Source: an uncultured Candidatus Saccharibacteria bacterium (GTDB lineage Bacteria; Patescibacteriota; Minisyncoccia; Phycocordibacterales; PALSA-1337). From it: a stretch of DNA of 64,000 nt. The notes under the pieces were generated by a model that was not told the origin of the DNA, ran no database searches, and worked only from the letters and a program-made list of their open reading frames with translations. Made by a program: the position numbers and the translations under genes. The stretch spans positions 16,671-80,670 of the forward strand of contig CAYVEL010000001.1 of the NCBI GenBank assembly GCA_964450345.1, given 5' to 3'. Below, one piece after another: positions 9,767 to 18,889 of the stretch (positions within the stretch are counted from its first letter, which is position 1; each line of letters starts with the position of its first letter).

Positions 9767-9795
9767 AATTGATTATAAGATAACATATATCTCAA

Positions 9796-9814
9796 TACTT
9801 TACAAAGTAAAGTA
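9796..9814. promoter_or_regulatory. candidate operator: inverted repeat TACTTTAC-AAA-GTAAAGTA in HxlR/nitroreductase divergent promoter
   Basis: perfect 8-bp inverted repeat with 3-nt spacer seen in sequence. Confidence 0.35.
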
Positions 9815-9860
9815 AATAGAGGTATACTTACTCCATTGTTAATAATTAATTTTTATAAAT

Positions 9861-10493
9861 ATGCAAAAAATCATAGAATCTCTTAACTGGAGATACGCCA
9901 CAAAGAAATACGATTCATCAAAGAAGGTTTCTAAAGAAAATCTAGAAACCATTTTAGAATCTGCTCGCCTATCAGCTACGTCTTACGGATTACAACCTTT
10001 TAGAATGTTAGTAATCGAGGATCCTAAAGTAAGAGCAAAATTATCAGAACCAGCATATGGTCAGCCACAGATAACAGATGCCTCTAATCTAGTAGTGTTC
10101 GCAATCAGAAAGGATATCGATGCGAAGTATATAGAAAACTTTGTAAAAACAGTAGCTGAAACAAGAGGAATTCCAGTAGAATCTCTAGCTGGATATTCAG
10201 ATATGATGAAAGGATCATTACTTGGTCTTACACCAGAACAGAGAGACGCTTGGTCTGCTAAACAGGCATATATAGCTTTAGGCACTGCCCTATTAACCGC
10301 TGCTGACCTTAAAATAGACGCAACACCTATGGAAGGATTCGATCCAGCAAAAGTAGATGAGGTTTTAGGATTAAAAGAAAAAAATCTTGGCTCAGTGGTT
10401 ATCCTAGCTCTAGGATACAGATCTACAGAAGACGCTACAGCTAACTATAAAAAAGTTAGATTTAGCAAAGAAGAGATGATTCAGACAATCTAA
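9861..10493 (+). CDS. NAD(P)H nitroreductase family protein
   Basis: N-terminus LNWRYATKKYD, SATSYGLQPFRMLVIEDPKVRAKL and overall 210 aa typical of NfsB/nitroreductase fold. Confidence 0.85.
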   Translation: MQKIIESLNWRYATKKYDSSKKVSKENLETILESARLSATSYGLQPFRMLVIEDPKVRAKLSEPAYGQPQITDASNLVVFAIRKDIDAKYIENFVKTVAETRGIPVESLAGYSDMMKGSLLGLTPEQRDAWSAKQAYIALGTALLTAADLKIDATPMEGFDPAKVDEVLGLKEKNLGSVVILALGYRSTEDATANYKKVRFSKEEMIQTI

Positions 10494-10604
10494 ACAGTCA
10501 CAAAATAAAGACAGATAAAAACACTGGGAACTTCGCTTCTCAGTGTTTTTAGATATCAACGTCCTAAACCTGACATACATTGATAGTGTGTTAAAATATT
10601 AGAT

Positions 10605-11093
10605 ATGAATCCACATATTGAATGGGAAACACTAGAACTACACCCTGGTCCAAAAAACAACGACTGGTTCTGGGCCCTTGGAATTATTGCTGGAACAATA
10701 GCAATTCTCGCTTTTGTTTTTAATAATATTATTTTCGGAATTTTCGTAATAATAGCCGCTTTTAGTTTGGGTTTAATGATTAACGCTAGACCAAAAGCTC
10801 AATATTTAGCAATCACAAAAGAAGGAATGGTGGTGGAAGATAGACTCTATGCCTATGACAATCTAAGTCACTTTTATATAGAAGATTTCAGAGATGTTGA
10901 AAATGCACACCCCCTACTCCGTTCAAAGATATTAATCAGAACAAAATCAATAATGTATCCGGTACTCTACATTCCAATCCACGAAGAAATAGAATTAGAA
11001 AAGATCAGAAGCCTACTAAGTAAACATATTCCAGAAAAAAAGATCAGCGAACCACTATTAGTTAAACTATTTAAGAGATACATACTGTCATAA
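10605..11093 (+). CDS. hypothetical membrane protein (two TM helices, C-terminal soluble domain)
   Basis: ORF with hydrophobic segments WFWALGIIAGTIAILAFVF / IFGIFVIIAAFSLGLMI; followed by terminator. Confidence 0.5.
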   Translation: MNPHIEWETLELHPGPKNNDWFWALGIIAGTIAILAFVFNNIIFGIFVIIAAFSLGLMINARPKAQYLAITKEGMVVEDRLYAYDNLSHFYIEDFRDVENAHPLLRSKILIRTKSIMYPVLYIPIHEEIELEKIRSLLSKHIPEKKISEPLLVKLFKRYILS

Positions 11094-11096
11094 ACT

Positions 11097-11126
11097 AAAA
11101 GCCCTTAACAAAAGGGCTTTTTTCTG
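11097..11126 (+). terminator. rho-independent terminator AAAAGCCCTT-loop-AAGGGCTTTTTT
   Basis: GC stem + T-run immediately after stop of 10605-11093. Confidence 0.7.
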
Positions 11127-11144
11127 TTATGGTTATGTGCATTC

Positions 11145-11216
11145 GCACCCATCGTTCAATGGATAGGACAAAAGTTTGCGGAACTTTAAATCTAGGTTCG
11201 ATTCCTAGTGGGTGCA
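11145..11216 (+). tRNA. tRNA-Arg (anticodon GCG) - not covered by any ORF
   Basis: hand-folded cloverleaf: acceptor GCACCCA/TGGGTGC (7 bp), D-arm GTTC-AATGGATA-GGAC, anticodon stem AAAGT/ACTTT with loop TTGCGGA (U33, GCG, G37), T-arm CTAGG-TTCGATT-CCTAG, discriminator A; followed by hairpin terminator. Confidence 0.7.
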
Positions 11217-11230
11217 CCCGATAAAACAAA

Positions 11231-11258
11231 AAACACGCGCAAGCGTGTTTTTTGTTTT
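11231..11258 (+). terminator. hairpin ACACGCGCAAGCGTGT + T-run after tRNA-Arg(GCG)
   Basis: seen in sequence. Confidence 0.6.
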
Positions 11259-11383
11259 GTACATACTCAATCTAGGAATCGAAAGCCGGACTGAAGTCTC
11301 GATGTGAACGTAGTGAACAAGAGACGAGGGAGGCGGGGTCGCAGGGCTTTTTGCGGAGCAAAAAGAACCTGTGACCGATTCTC

Positions 11384-11422
11384 AAAAAAAACAAAACCCC
11401 AGTTAATTGGGGTTTTGTTTTT
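11384..11422 (-). terminator. rpsT terminator AAAACCCCAGTTAATTGGGGTTTT (palindromic, bidirectional)
   Basis: perfect CCCCA/TGGGG stem flanked by A/T runs just downstream of rpsT stop. Confidence 0.7.
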
Positions 11423-11439
11423 AAAATTTATTTAAAAGA

Positions 11440-11703
11440 TTACTTACTCTTCTTTATTAGAGCAGCTAATCTAGACTTCTTTCTTGAAGCATTTCCTGCC
11501 TTAATGAAATTTGTCTTAACAGCCTTGTCGAATGCTTTCTGAACTGTTGGGAAAAAAGCTTCAGCTTCTTTAACCTTCTTTTCAGATAGAAGTTTCTTTA
11601 GCTTCTTTTCTGCATTATCAATAGCCTTCTTTCTAGCAAGGTTAAACTCTTTCTTGCGTAAAGATGCTCTTAGGGCTTTCTTTGCTGATGATGTAATTGG
11701 CAT
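11440..11703 (-). CDS. rpsT: 30S ribosomal protein S20
   Basis: 87 aa Lys/Ala-rich MPITSSAKKALRASLRKK...IKAGNASRKKSRLAALIKK matching S20. Confidence 0.9.
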   Translation of the reverse strand: MPITSSAKKALRASLRKKEFNLARKKAIDNAEKKLKKLLSEKKVKEAEAFFPTVQKAFDKAVKTNFIKAGNASRKKSRLAALIKKSK

Positions 11704-11841
11704 ATGTTTAAGTTATGACAGATTAACATGATATTTAGAAAAGCACAAGCCAAAAGCACAAAATAACCTAGTCCTATCATATTAGATTAACTAAAATGCC
11801 CGAATTATGTTCATTTATTCATAAAGTGCTAAAATAACCAT

Positions 11842-12414
11842 ATGATTTCATACATAGAAGGAAAAGTTATCCGACAAGACGAAAAGAGCCTAGTGGTATT
11901 ATCTGGTGGCATTGGTTATAAGGTATTCACCACAAATGACACAATTATGTCTAACCCCGAGGGTAAATCTGTTTCTTTCTGGACTCACTTTGTGGTTAGA
12001 GAAGATACTCAGGATTTATATGGATTCTCTACTCAGGCTGATTTAGATACTTTCTCTATACTTTTAAATGTCTCTGGTATTGGACCTCGTACCGCTCTTA
12101 ATATATTATCCCTCGCCTCTCGTGAACTTATTGAACAGGCTATTATCACAGGTGAATCTGGACCTCTAGTAAAAATTGCTGGTGTTAGTAAGAAAAATGC
12201 GGAAAAAATTGTAATAGAACTTAAGGGTAAAGTTATTGGTGATGCTAAAAATAGAGGTGGTAATTTCGACAGTGCGGACGGCGACGTTATCGAGGCACTT
12301 AAATCTCTCGGCTACTCTCCTAATCAGGCACGTGATGCGTTGAAAGAAATTCCGAAGACTATTAAAGGCGCGAACGCTCGTATAAAAGAAGCTCTGAAAT
12401 TCTTAGGAAAATAA
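11842..12414 (+). CDS. ruvA: Holliday junction branch-migration complex subunit RuvA
   Basis: MISYIEGKV..GGIGYKVF...LYGFSTQADLDTFSILLNVSGIGPRTALNILS (HhH motifs) ...KIAGVSKKNAEKIVIELKGK and C-terminal domain III. Confidence 0.9.
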   Translation: MISYIEGKVIRQDEKSLVVLSGGIGYKVFTTNDTIMSNPEGKSVSFWTHFVVREDTQDLYGFSTQADLDTFSILLNVSGIGPRTALNILSLASRELIEQAIITGESGPLVKIAGVSKKNAEKIVIELKGKVIGDAKNRGGNFDSADGDVIEALKSLGYSPNQARDALKEIPKTIKGANARIKEALKFLGK

Positions 12415-12439
12415 TCCCGATAAATTTTAATAAAAAAAT

Positions 12440-12476
12440 AGGGCCCCGAGTTCTGCAACTCGTGGGCCTTATTTGC
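12440..12476 (+). terminator. rho-independent terminator after ruvA (GGGCCCCGAGTT..AACTCGTGGGCC + TTATTTG)
   Basis: seen in sequence. Confidence 0.55.
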
Positions 12477-12493
12477 GAAACCGCTGACGCCGA

Positions 12494-12895
12494 CTAATCG
12501 ACGTCTAGAGAAAAACCCAGCCGGAAATAGGCGGTATTTGGATCCACGACCACTTTAATAAAGATGTGATTGTCCGGTTCGTCACCAGCACCAATAACCA
12601 AACCCTCTTCGACGAAAAAACCATCTCCCTTAACCACTTCTGAGCCTGTTAAAACATGTATCATTTTGTATCCGGCAAGAATTACATAACTTGTAGCGAG
12701 CGCCAGTGCCCAACCACGCTCCTTACTCCCCCTGAAACGACAAGACAACATAGTTTCTTCGTTTTGATGCACATCCTTGTTGTCTTTTAACCCCGAAGGA
12801 TTGATGATTTCTACTTTACCGGCTTTTTCACGGATCAAAAAATCAAAAAGTGTTAAATCCTTAGTTGATTTTGCAACTTGCTTTCTTTTCGACAT
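12494..12895 (-). CDS. hypothetical protein (134 aa; start trimmed to MSKRKQ)
   Basis: ORF with no family I can assign; internal Met preferred over 169-aa extension. Confidence 0.45.
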   Translation of the reverse strand: MSKRKQVAKSTKDLTLFDFLIREKAGKVEIINPSGLKDNKDVHQNEETMLSCRFRGSKERGWALALATSYVILAGYKMIHVLTGSEVVKGDGFFVEEGLVIGAGDEPDNHIFIKVVVDPNTAYFRLGFSLDVD

Positions 12896-12905
12896 AAATA
12901 GAATT

Positions 12906-13094
12906 TTACTTTGGAGCAGTAGGTGCCGAGATCTGACTAACCGTCTTGTTCTCGACGTTTTGATTACTGCCGGCACGAATAACCGTGCAAATAAGTAAAA
13001 CAAAAAAGCAGATGACGAATGTAACTACCAAGAAAATAACAACGGCTTTAGTGTTGTCTTCTTTTTTCTCTACAGGAATACTCATAATGTTCAA
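12906..13094 (-). CDS. possible small single-pass membrane protein (62 aa)
   Basis: hydrophobic helix AVVIFLVVTFVICFFVLLICTVI; immediately upstream of 12494-12895 on same strand. Confidence 0.3.
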   Translation of the reverse strand: MNIMSIPVEKKEDNTKAVVIFLVVTFVICFFVLLICTVIRAGSNQNVENKTVSQISAPTAPK

Positions 13095-13267
13095 TTGAGT
13101 TTTTCTTTAGCTTTAAAAGTTCAATCGTCTCACCAGAGAAGATCTAGATTTTAGAGCCTCTGAAGTTTGATTTTGTTTCGTTTCAAACTATACAACGATA
13201 TACCGAGATACGTCAATAGATTAAAGCCTTATGATTTAAGCTAAAATTAATCTTATAAACACATAAA

Positions 13268-14554
13268 ATGAATAATTTAATAGAAAATACCCTGCGTTCT
13301 ACAGAAAAATTGATACCTAAAAAACTCTTCAATTTTTTTAACCCTACATATCACTATCTTATGGCTTTAACTGGGGCTATAATATACCGCTTCCCTTCTA
13401 AAAAGATCAGACTCATTGGTGTAACAGGAACAAAAGGTAAAAGTTCTACAGTAGAAATCCTGAGCGCAATACTAGAAGAAGCTGGTTATAAGACAGCTAT
13501 TACGAATACTATTCGTTTCAAGGTTGGAGACGAGAGCGAAGATAACATGTATAAAATGTCTATGCCTGGACGTTTTACCATGCAGAGATTCCTACGTAAG
13601 GCGGTGAATGCAAAATGTGATTTCGCTATAATCGAAATGACCAGCCAAGGTTCTATTACTTTCCGTCATAGGTTTATGGAAATGAGTGGTCTTATTTTTA
13701 CAAACATTTCTCCTGAACATATAGAGGCACACGGCTCATATGAGAATTATCGTGAAGCTAAATTAAATATTGCCAGACATATAAGCAGAACAAAGAAGAA
13801 AAGTACTACCCTCGTAGTGAACTCCGACGATAAAGAAGCTCCCCTATTTCTAGATGTTAAAGCTGATAAAAAAATAACATTTTCAATTAAAGACGCTTCT
13901 CCATATAATTTACTAAAGGAAGGTTCTGACTATAATTATTCAGGTCTTTTCATACATACTCAGTTATCTGGTCTGTTTAATCTATACAATATACTCGCTG
14001 CTTCTACTATGGCAGAATCACTAGGTGTTAAAGCAGATATTATTAAGAGAGCTGTAGAAAAGTTTAACGGTATCAGAGGAAGACTAGAGAAAGTTGATGC
14101 TGGTCAAGATTTCAATGTAATCGTGGACTATGCCCACACCGCTGATTCTCTAGAAAAAGTTTATCAGGTATACCAGAACACTAGAAAAATTTGTTTGCTT
14201 GGAAATACAGGTGGAGGAAGAGATAAATGGAAGAGAAAAGTTATGGCTCAAATAGCAGATAAGTATTGCGACGAGATAATTCTAGCCAATGAAGATCCAT
14301 ATGATGAGGATCCAATGAGTATTCTAAATGATATGAAAAATGCAGTACCAGATGGAGATGCTAAAATCATACTAGATAGAAGAGAGGCTATAAATAAGGC
14401 TATAAGCCTCGCCCACACCGGAGACACTGTTATTATCACAGGTAAAGGAACGGACCCATATATCATGGGACCAAATGGAACGAAGACTCCATGGAGCGAT
14501 GCGAGAGTAGCTAAGGAAGAGTTGGAAAAAGTTTTAAATAAGAAGAACAATTAA
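13268..14554 (+). CDS. murE: Mur ligase family protein, MurE-like (UDP-MurNAc-L-Ala-D-Glu:diamino-acid ligase), lacking long N-terminal domain
   Basis: P-loop IGVTGTKGKSST; IEMTSQGS...FTNISPEHIEAHGSYENYREAKLNI; DYAHTADSLEKVY; NEDPYDEDP (DNPR-like) motifs. Confidence 0.7.
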   Translation: MNNLIENTLRSTEKLIPKKLFNFFNPTYHYLMALTGAIIYRFPSKKIRLIGVTGTKGKSSTVEILSAILEEAGYKTAITNTIRFKVGDESEDNMYKMSMPGRFTMQRFLRKAVNAKCDFAIIEMTSQGSITFRHRFMEMSGLIFTNISPEHIEAHGSYENYREAKLNIARHISRTKKKSTTLVVNSDDKEAPLFLDVKADKKITFSIKDASPYNLLKEGSDYNYSGLFIHTQLSGLFNLYNILAASTMAESLGVKADIIKRAVEKFNGIRGRLEKVDAGQDFNVIVDYAHTADSLEKVYQVYQNTRKICLLGNTGGGRDKWKRKVMAQIADKYCDEIILANEDPYDEDPMSILNDMKNAVPDGDAKIILDRREAINKAISLAHTGDTVIITGKGTDPYIMGPNGTKTPWSDARVAKEELEKVLNKKNN

Positions 14555-14563
14555 TCAAAATAA

Positions 14564-14598
14564 TAAAATCCCAGAATTTTCTGGGGTTTTATTATTTT
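14564..14598 (+). terminator. rho-independent terminator AAAATCCCAGAATTTTCTGGGGTTTTATT
   Basis: seen in sequence after murE stop. Confidence 0.7.
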
Positions 14599-14608
14599 GA
14601 TTTAAAGA

Positions 14609-15595
14609 TTAATTTGATTTTAAAGTTTTAGTTGAATTCAAACGGCTCTCGAAAAAATTTACCAGACCTGCATAAGTCGAGCTAGCCATATTAGTTATAT
14701 ACTCGTCTCTAGTTTTAGGGTTAAGCATTAATGGTTCATAAATGTACGCATACTCAATAAGCACACCAAGTGAGTCTAAAGTATTATATCTGCCAATCGC
14801 TATTAGATCCTGATCTTCTACTACCCCGTCTTTTTCCTGTAAGTGATTACTTGTACTAGCTATTTTAGAAAGCTCTATCATTAAATCCTTACCTAGAGCC
14901 ACGCTTGCTTCAGAGTTAGAATATTGCTTCTCTGGTACGTATATAACAAAACCTTTAAATTTAGGCTTACCTGCTATCTTAGGATTATCATTAAAATGCA
15001 CATGTAGAACTAAGTCGTAATTATTCTCACTCGCCCATTTATTTATTCCATAAAGCTTAGTTGCCGAAGCAGATGGTGCTACACCATGAGCAGGACCATC
15101 TGTAATTATTTTTACTTTACCAGTTTGAGATAAAGCAATCATTTGAGAATTCATTAACTTTCTCCAAACATTAATCTCATCCCATTTATTAGTAAAATAA
15201 TTCTGAATCTCTGGAGCCCACTCTTTATCATCACGAGCAAGCTTAACATCAAAATGTCTATCTAAATCAAGATAAGAAAAAAGTCTCTTGGCTAGAACAA
15301 CGTTTAGTTCTCTTTCCTTCAAACCAGAATATTCTGTACCTCCGAAATTAGGTTCATGTCCTGGAACTATCAATACTTTTATTTTAGGAATCTTCTTAGG
15401 GTCTATTGGGAAAATATTTCTATCTACTGTTTTGTACTTAGAGATTAAATCGCTCGTTTTTGGCTTAACAGCAAAGAAAACAGAAGCTAAGTTCCCCCAC
15501 CCTCCGTCATGTGGTATATTCCTATTTGTAAGGTAAATAGAAAGCAAAAGAGCTATTACAGCAATAACAGTCAGGATCCAGTGCTTTAATTTCAT
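14609..15595 (-). CDS. membrane-anchored N-acetylmuramoyl-L-alanine amidase (Amidase_3-like)
   Basis: N-terminal TM; KVLIVPGHEPNFGGTEYSGLKERELNVVLAKRL...DVKLARDD resembles Amidase_3 Zn-site region. Confidence 0.6.
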   Translation of the reverse strand: MKLKHWILTVIAVIALLLSIYLTNRNIPHDGGWGNLASVFFAVKPKTSDLISKYKTVDRNIFPIDPKKIPKIKVLIVPGHEPNFGGTEYSGLKERELNVVLAKRLFSYLDLDRHFDVKLARDDKEWAPEIQNYFTNKWDEINVWRKLMNSQMIALSQTGKVKIITDGPAHGVAPSASATKLYGINKWASENNYDLVLHVHFNDNPKIAGKPKFKGFVIYVPEKQYSNSEASVALGKDLMIELSKIASTSNHLQEKDGVVEDQDLIAIGRYNTLDSLGVLIEYAYIYEPLMLNPKTRDEYITNMASSTYAGLVNFFESRLNSTKTLKSN

Positions 15596-15606
15596 TACTA
15601 TATTTT

Positions 15607-16554
15607 ATGCCAGAATTACCAGAAGTCCAAACTACAGTTAACGGTCTAAAGAGACTAATAGGAGAAAAAATCTCTGATATTTGGTCTGCTTATAATTCTA
15701 AATACTATAAAGGTAAGAAAACGGTTAAAGACCCAGCGTATTTTGAAATCTTTAAAAAATCTGTAATTGGTTCAAAAATTACGAATGTCGAGAGAAGAGC
15801 AAAATATATTTTAATAGAACTAGATAGTGACCAGACTATTGTTTGTCATATGAAAATGACTGGCCATTTTCTTTTAGGAAAATATATACGCTCCGATTCA
15901 GGCTGGACCGCTATCTCTCCAGCACCGCTCCGCGACCCCTTCAACCGCCATGTCAGGATGATGTTCACTTTTACTAAAAGTAAAAAGTTTCCGAATGATT
16001 CCGAAAATTTCGGAGCACAGCTCGCTTTCTGTGACACTAGAAAGTTCGGAAACTTCTTTTTAACTAAAGGCTCCATAGAAGATGCGAAAAATATCATAGA
16101 ATTTAAGAAAATCGGACCGGAACCACTCGATAAGAGTTTTACATTCGCTAAGTTCTCCGAAGCTTTGGAGGCTAAACCTAAGGGTAAAATAAAACCTACT
16201 CTTATGAATCAGGAGGTTATAGCTGGTATTGGAAATATCTATGCCGATGAAATACTATGGCGTGCCGGTGTACACCCAGAATCGACCACAGAGAAGATTA
16301 AGTCTGATAAATTAAAACTCATTTTCGAGGCAATGAAAGAAACCCTAGCCCATGGAATCTCTCTAGGCGGAGACTCTATGTCAGACTATAGAAACATCGA
16401 TGGAGAAAAAGGAGGATTTCAAGAGACTCATAAAGCCTATAGAAAAACCGGAGATAAATGCTCTAAGAAAAATTGTAGCGGTACAATAACCCGCAAAGTC
16501 ATAGCCACCAGAAGCTCTCACTTCTGTAATGTCCATCAAAAGTTATTTATCTAA
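15607..16554 (+). CDS. mutM: formamidopyrimidine-DNA glycosylase Fpg/MutM (Fpg/Nei family)
   Basis: N-terminal MPELPEV (catalytic Pro2/Glu3), C-terminal zinc finger CSKKNCSG...CNVHQ. Confidence 0.85.
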   Translation: MPELPEVQTTVNGLKRLIGEKISDIWSAYNSKYYKGKKTVKDPAYFEIFKKSVIGSKITNVERRAKYILIELDSDQTIVCHMKMTGHFLLGKYIRSDSGWTAISPAPLRDPFNRHVRMMFTFTKSKKFPNDSENFGAQLAFCDTRKFGNFFLTKGSIEDAKNIIEFKKIGPEPLDKSFTFAKFSEALEAKPKGKIKPTLMNQEVIAGIGNIYADEILWRAGVHPESTTEKIKSDKLKLIFEAMKETLAHGISLGGDSMSDYRNIDGEKGGFQETHKAYRKTGDKCSKKNCSGTITRKVIATRSSHFCNVHQKLFI

Positions 16555-17051
16555 ACATTCAAAATTCTAAACAGAGCAATTCCGAAAGAGACTGAAACAT
16601 TTAGCGACTCCTTCTTCCCCTTCATTGGTATTTCAGCGATTATGTCTGAGAGTTTTAACATATCCTTATCTACCCCCTCTACTTCATTTCCGAAAATAAT
16701 CAGAACTGGACTATCTATTTTTTCTAAATCAATATCTTTATAATCTACAGAATTTTCAGCCTGTTCGATTGCTATAATCTTATATCCTTCCTTCTTTAAT
16801 TTCTTAATTAATTTAATATTATCCTCCGCCACGGTCCAAGAAACATTATTCTCCGCTCCGAGCGCCACTTTCGCCAAGTCACTTCTCTTTCTATTAAACC
16901 TATCTAAAGGAGATGGAGTATATCCAGAAAGGTAAATCTTAGAAATACCAAGAGCGTCAGATGTTCTAAACATTGATCCGACATTGTGCACACTTCTTAT
17001 ATTATGAAGTAGTATTTCTACCGCCTTCTCTGTTTTCTCTATATTTTTCAC
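16551..17051 (-). CDS. SpoU/TrmH-family (SPOUT) RNA 2'-O-methyltransferase
   Basis: NVGSMFRTSDALGI...IFGNEVEGVDKDML...EIPMKGKKESLNVSVSFGIALFRIL SPOUT motifs. Confidence 0.85.
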   Translation of the reverse strand: MKNIEKTEKAVEILLHNIRSVHNVGSMFRTSDALGISKIYLSGYTPSPLDRFNRKRSDLAKVALGAENNVSWTVAEDNIKLIKKLKKEGYKIIAIEQAENSVDYKDIDLEKIDSPVLIIFGNEVEGVDKDMLKLSDIIAEIPMKGKKESLNVSVSFGIALFRILNV

Positions 17052-17126
17052 CCCGTCATAATAGCAGAAATTGAATTTTTAGCCATTTATGGTATGATTT
17101 TTCTCACCGTTCGTGAAAAGTGTTAT

Positions 17127-17202
17127 GCGCCCATAGCTCAGGCGGTAGAGCACCTGCCTTTTAAGCAGAGGGTCGCAGGTTCGAGTCCTGCTGGGCGCAC
17201 CA
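17127..17202 (+). tRNA. tRNA-Lys (anticodon TTT), CCA encoded
   Basis: GCGCCCA acceptor, D-arm GCTC-AGGCGGTA-GAGC, anticodon loop CTTTTAA, T-loop GGTTCGAGTCC, TGGGCGC-A-CCA. Confidence 0.85.
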
Positions 17203-17211
17203 AACAAAACT

Positions 17212-17266
17212 AAAAAGGCTGTTTTCTAGAGACTTATAATCGTCTCAAGAAAACAGCCTTTTTAGT
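17212..17266 (+). terminator. long hairpin AAAAAGGCTGTTTTC...GAAAACAGCCTTTTTAGTTTTTT
   Basis: seen in sequence downstream of tRNA-Lys; also lies downstream of minus-strand holA-like gene. Confidence 0.65.
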
Positions 17267-17282
17267 TTTTTGGAAAAATCGT

Positions 17283-18023
17283 TTAAATCTTTAGAATAAA
17301 ATTCTCAAGCGCCAGACTAAGCTCCACCCCCTCTTTTCTAGACTCATGATAATTCATTAGTAATTCAGTGAGTTTGTTTTTAATGTCTTTTGCTGGCCAT
17401 TTCTTTAAAGCGTTTTTTGATTTACTAAAGACGAATGGATTAAGTCCTGACTCTCCTGCTGTATTACAGCTTTCAGCTAGAGCCAGGGCTTTAAACTGCC
17501 AGAAGATAATTCCAGAAAGCTGTTCTGGTTCACTTCCCCTCTCAAGAGCTTCTCGATAAAGCATCCAAGCGCCAATATTATCTCTATTTAAAATTTTCTC
17601 AGTTAAACTAAAAACATTAAACTCATCCTTCTTAGCAGATTTCTCTTTGGATAATTCCTGGGTTTTTTCTGAATGCTTCTCAATTTTTGTTAAATCCTTC
17701 GCAGACAAATCTCCTTCTCTAACTATAAATATATTTTTTGATTCAGCGATTTTCTTAAGTTCTGAAGCACCAGATAGATCAGATTCTTTATGGAAAAGCA
17801 CCCCGTCCAGAAGCACGATAAACTTATTTTCAAAAAGACCCTGCCCTCCCACATATTCATCTATATTTAAACCAGCTAAATTCTCAGCATCAATACGCAC
17901 AAAAGCGCTATCAGGCTTCTTCAGTCTAAGTGTCTCAATAATTCCGTTAGTCTTCTCGACTATTTTCTCTCTGTCTGTTCCGTAAAATAAATAAATCACC
18001 CTTTGATTATATACCCAAAACAA
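17283..18023 (-). CDS. holA: DNA polymerase III delta subunit (HolA-like, short)
   Basis: IYLFYGTDREKI N-terminus and FSLTEKILNRDNIGAWMLYREALERGSEPEQLSGIIFWQFKAL resembling HolA domain III. Confidence 0.6.
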   Translation of the reverse strand: MFWVYNQRVIYLFYGTDREKIVEKTNGIIETLRLKKPDSAFVRIDAENLAGLNIDEYVGGQGLFENKFIVLLDGVLFHKESDLSGASELKKIAESKNIFIVREGDLSAKDLTKIEKHSEKTQELSKEKSAKKDEFNVFSLTEKILNRDNIGAWMLYREALERGSEPEQLSGIIFWQFKALALAESCNTAGESGLNPFVFSKSKNALKKWPAKDIKNKLTELLMNYHESRKEGVELSLALENFILKI

Positions 18024-18081
18024 AACACCAGGAACTCTGGTGTTTTGTCATTTATATTGTGTTTTAAAAACTACCCCAACT

Positions 18082-18831
18082 CTATTTCTTAACCTTCCCT
18101 TGATTAGCCACCGCTTCCATAGCCTTCTTAACAGTCTCTTCGTCTCCTATGAAATACTTCTTAATAAAGTTTAAATTATCATCTAGTTCGTAAACCATTG
18201 GAATTCCTGTTGGCATATTAAATTCTAGAATATCAGCCTCTGACATATTTTCGATATATTTAACAAGTGAACGAAGACTGTTTCCGTGTGCTGCAACAAT
18301 AATATTTTTTCCGGCTTCAAGTTCAGGTACTATCTCCTCTTTCCAGTAAGGTAGTGTTCTGGCAAGAGTATCTTTTAATGATTCTGATAGTGGAATTTCT
18401 TCTTTCTTTAAATCTTGATATAGAGGATCTTTTCCAGGATACATCTCATCGCTCTCACTTAGCTTTGGTGGTGGTACATCATAACTTCTTCTCCAAATTT
18501 TTACTTGATCTTCACCATACTTAACAGCTGTTTCTGCTTTATTTAGACCCTGAAGTGCACCATAGTGTCTCTCATTAAGCTTCCAAGATTTTCTAACTTC
18601 AATATTTTTCTCTCCTAATTCTTCGAGAACAATATCAAGAGTATGATTAGCTCTTAAAAGAACTGAAGTAAAAGCTAAATCAAAAGAATAACCGGCATTC
18701 TTTAAAGCCTTTCCTGCTTCATGAGCCTCCTTAATTCCTTTTTCTGATAAGTCGACATTCACCCAGCCACAGAATCTATTTTCCTGATTCCAAGCGCTTT
18801 CACCGTGTCTAATAAAAACTATTTTTTTCAT
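18082..18831 (-). CDS. gpmA: 2,3-bisphosphoglycerate-dependent phosphoglycerate mutase
   Basis: [25 protein letters not shown]...[12 protein letters not shown] histidine-phosphatase motifs. Confidence 0.9.
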   Translation of the reverse strand: MKKIVFIRHGESAWNQENRFCGWVNVDLSEKGIKEAHEAGKALKNAGYSFDLAFTSVLLRANHTLDIVLEELGEKNIEVRKSWKLNERHYGALQGLNKAETAVKYGEDQVKIWRRSYDVPPPKLSESDEMYPGKDPLYQDLKKEEIPLSESLKDTLARTLPYWKEEIVPELEAGKNIIVAAHGNSLRSLVKYIENMSEADILEFNMPTGIPMVYELDDNLNFIKKYFIGDEETVKKAMEAVANQGKVKK

Positions 18832-18889
18832 ATTTTTAAAATTAATATTCGAATTATACCTAAAAAAGGCTTTTTAAAACAAGTCCTTT

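Noticed and set aside
11265-11290. Minus-strand tRNA suggested by TTCGATTCCTAG T-loop-like string
   Set aside because: Flanking sequence cannot form T-stem/acceptor stem; kept only as part of unexplained structured region.
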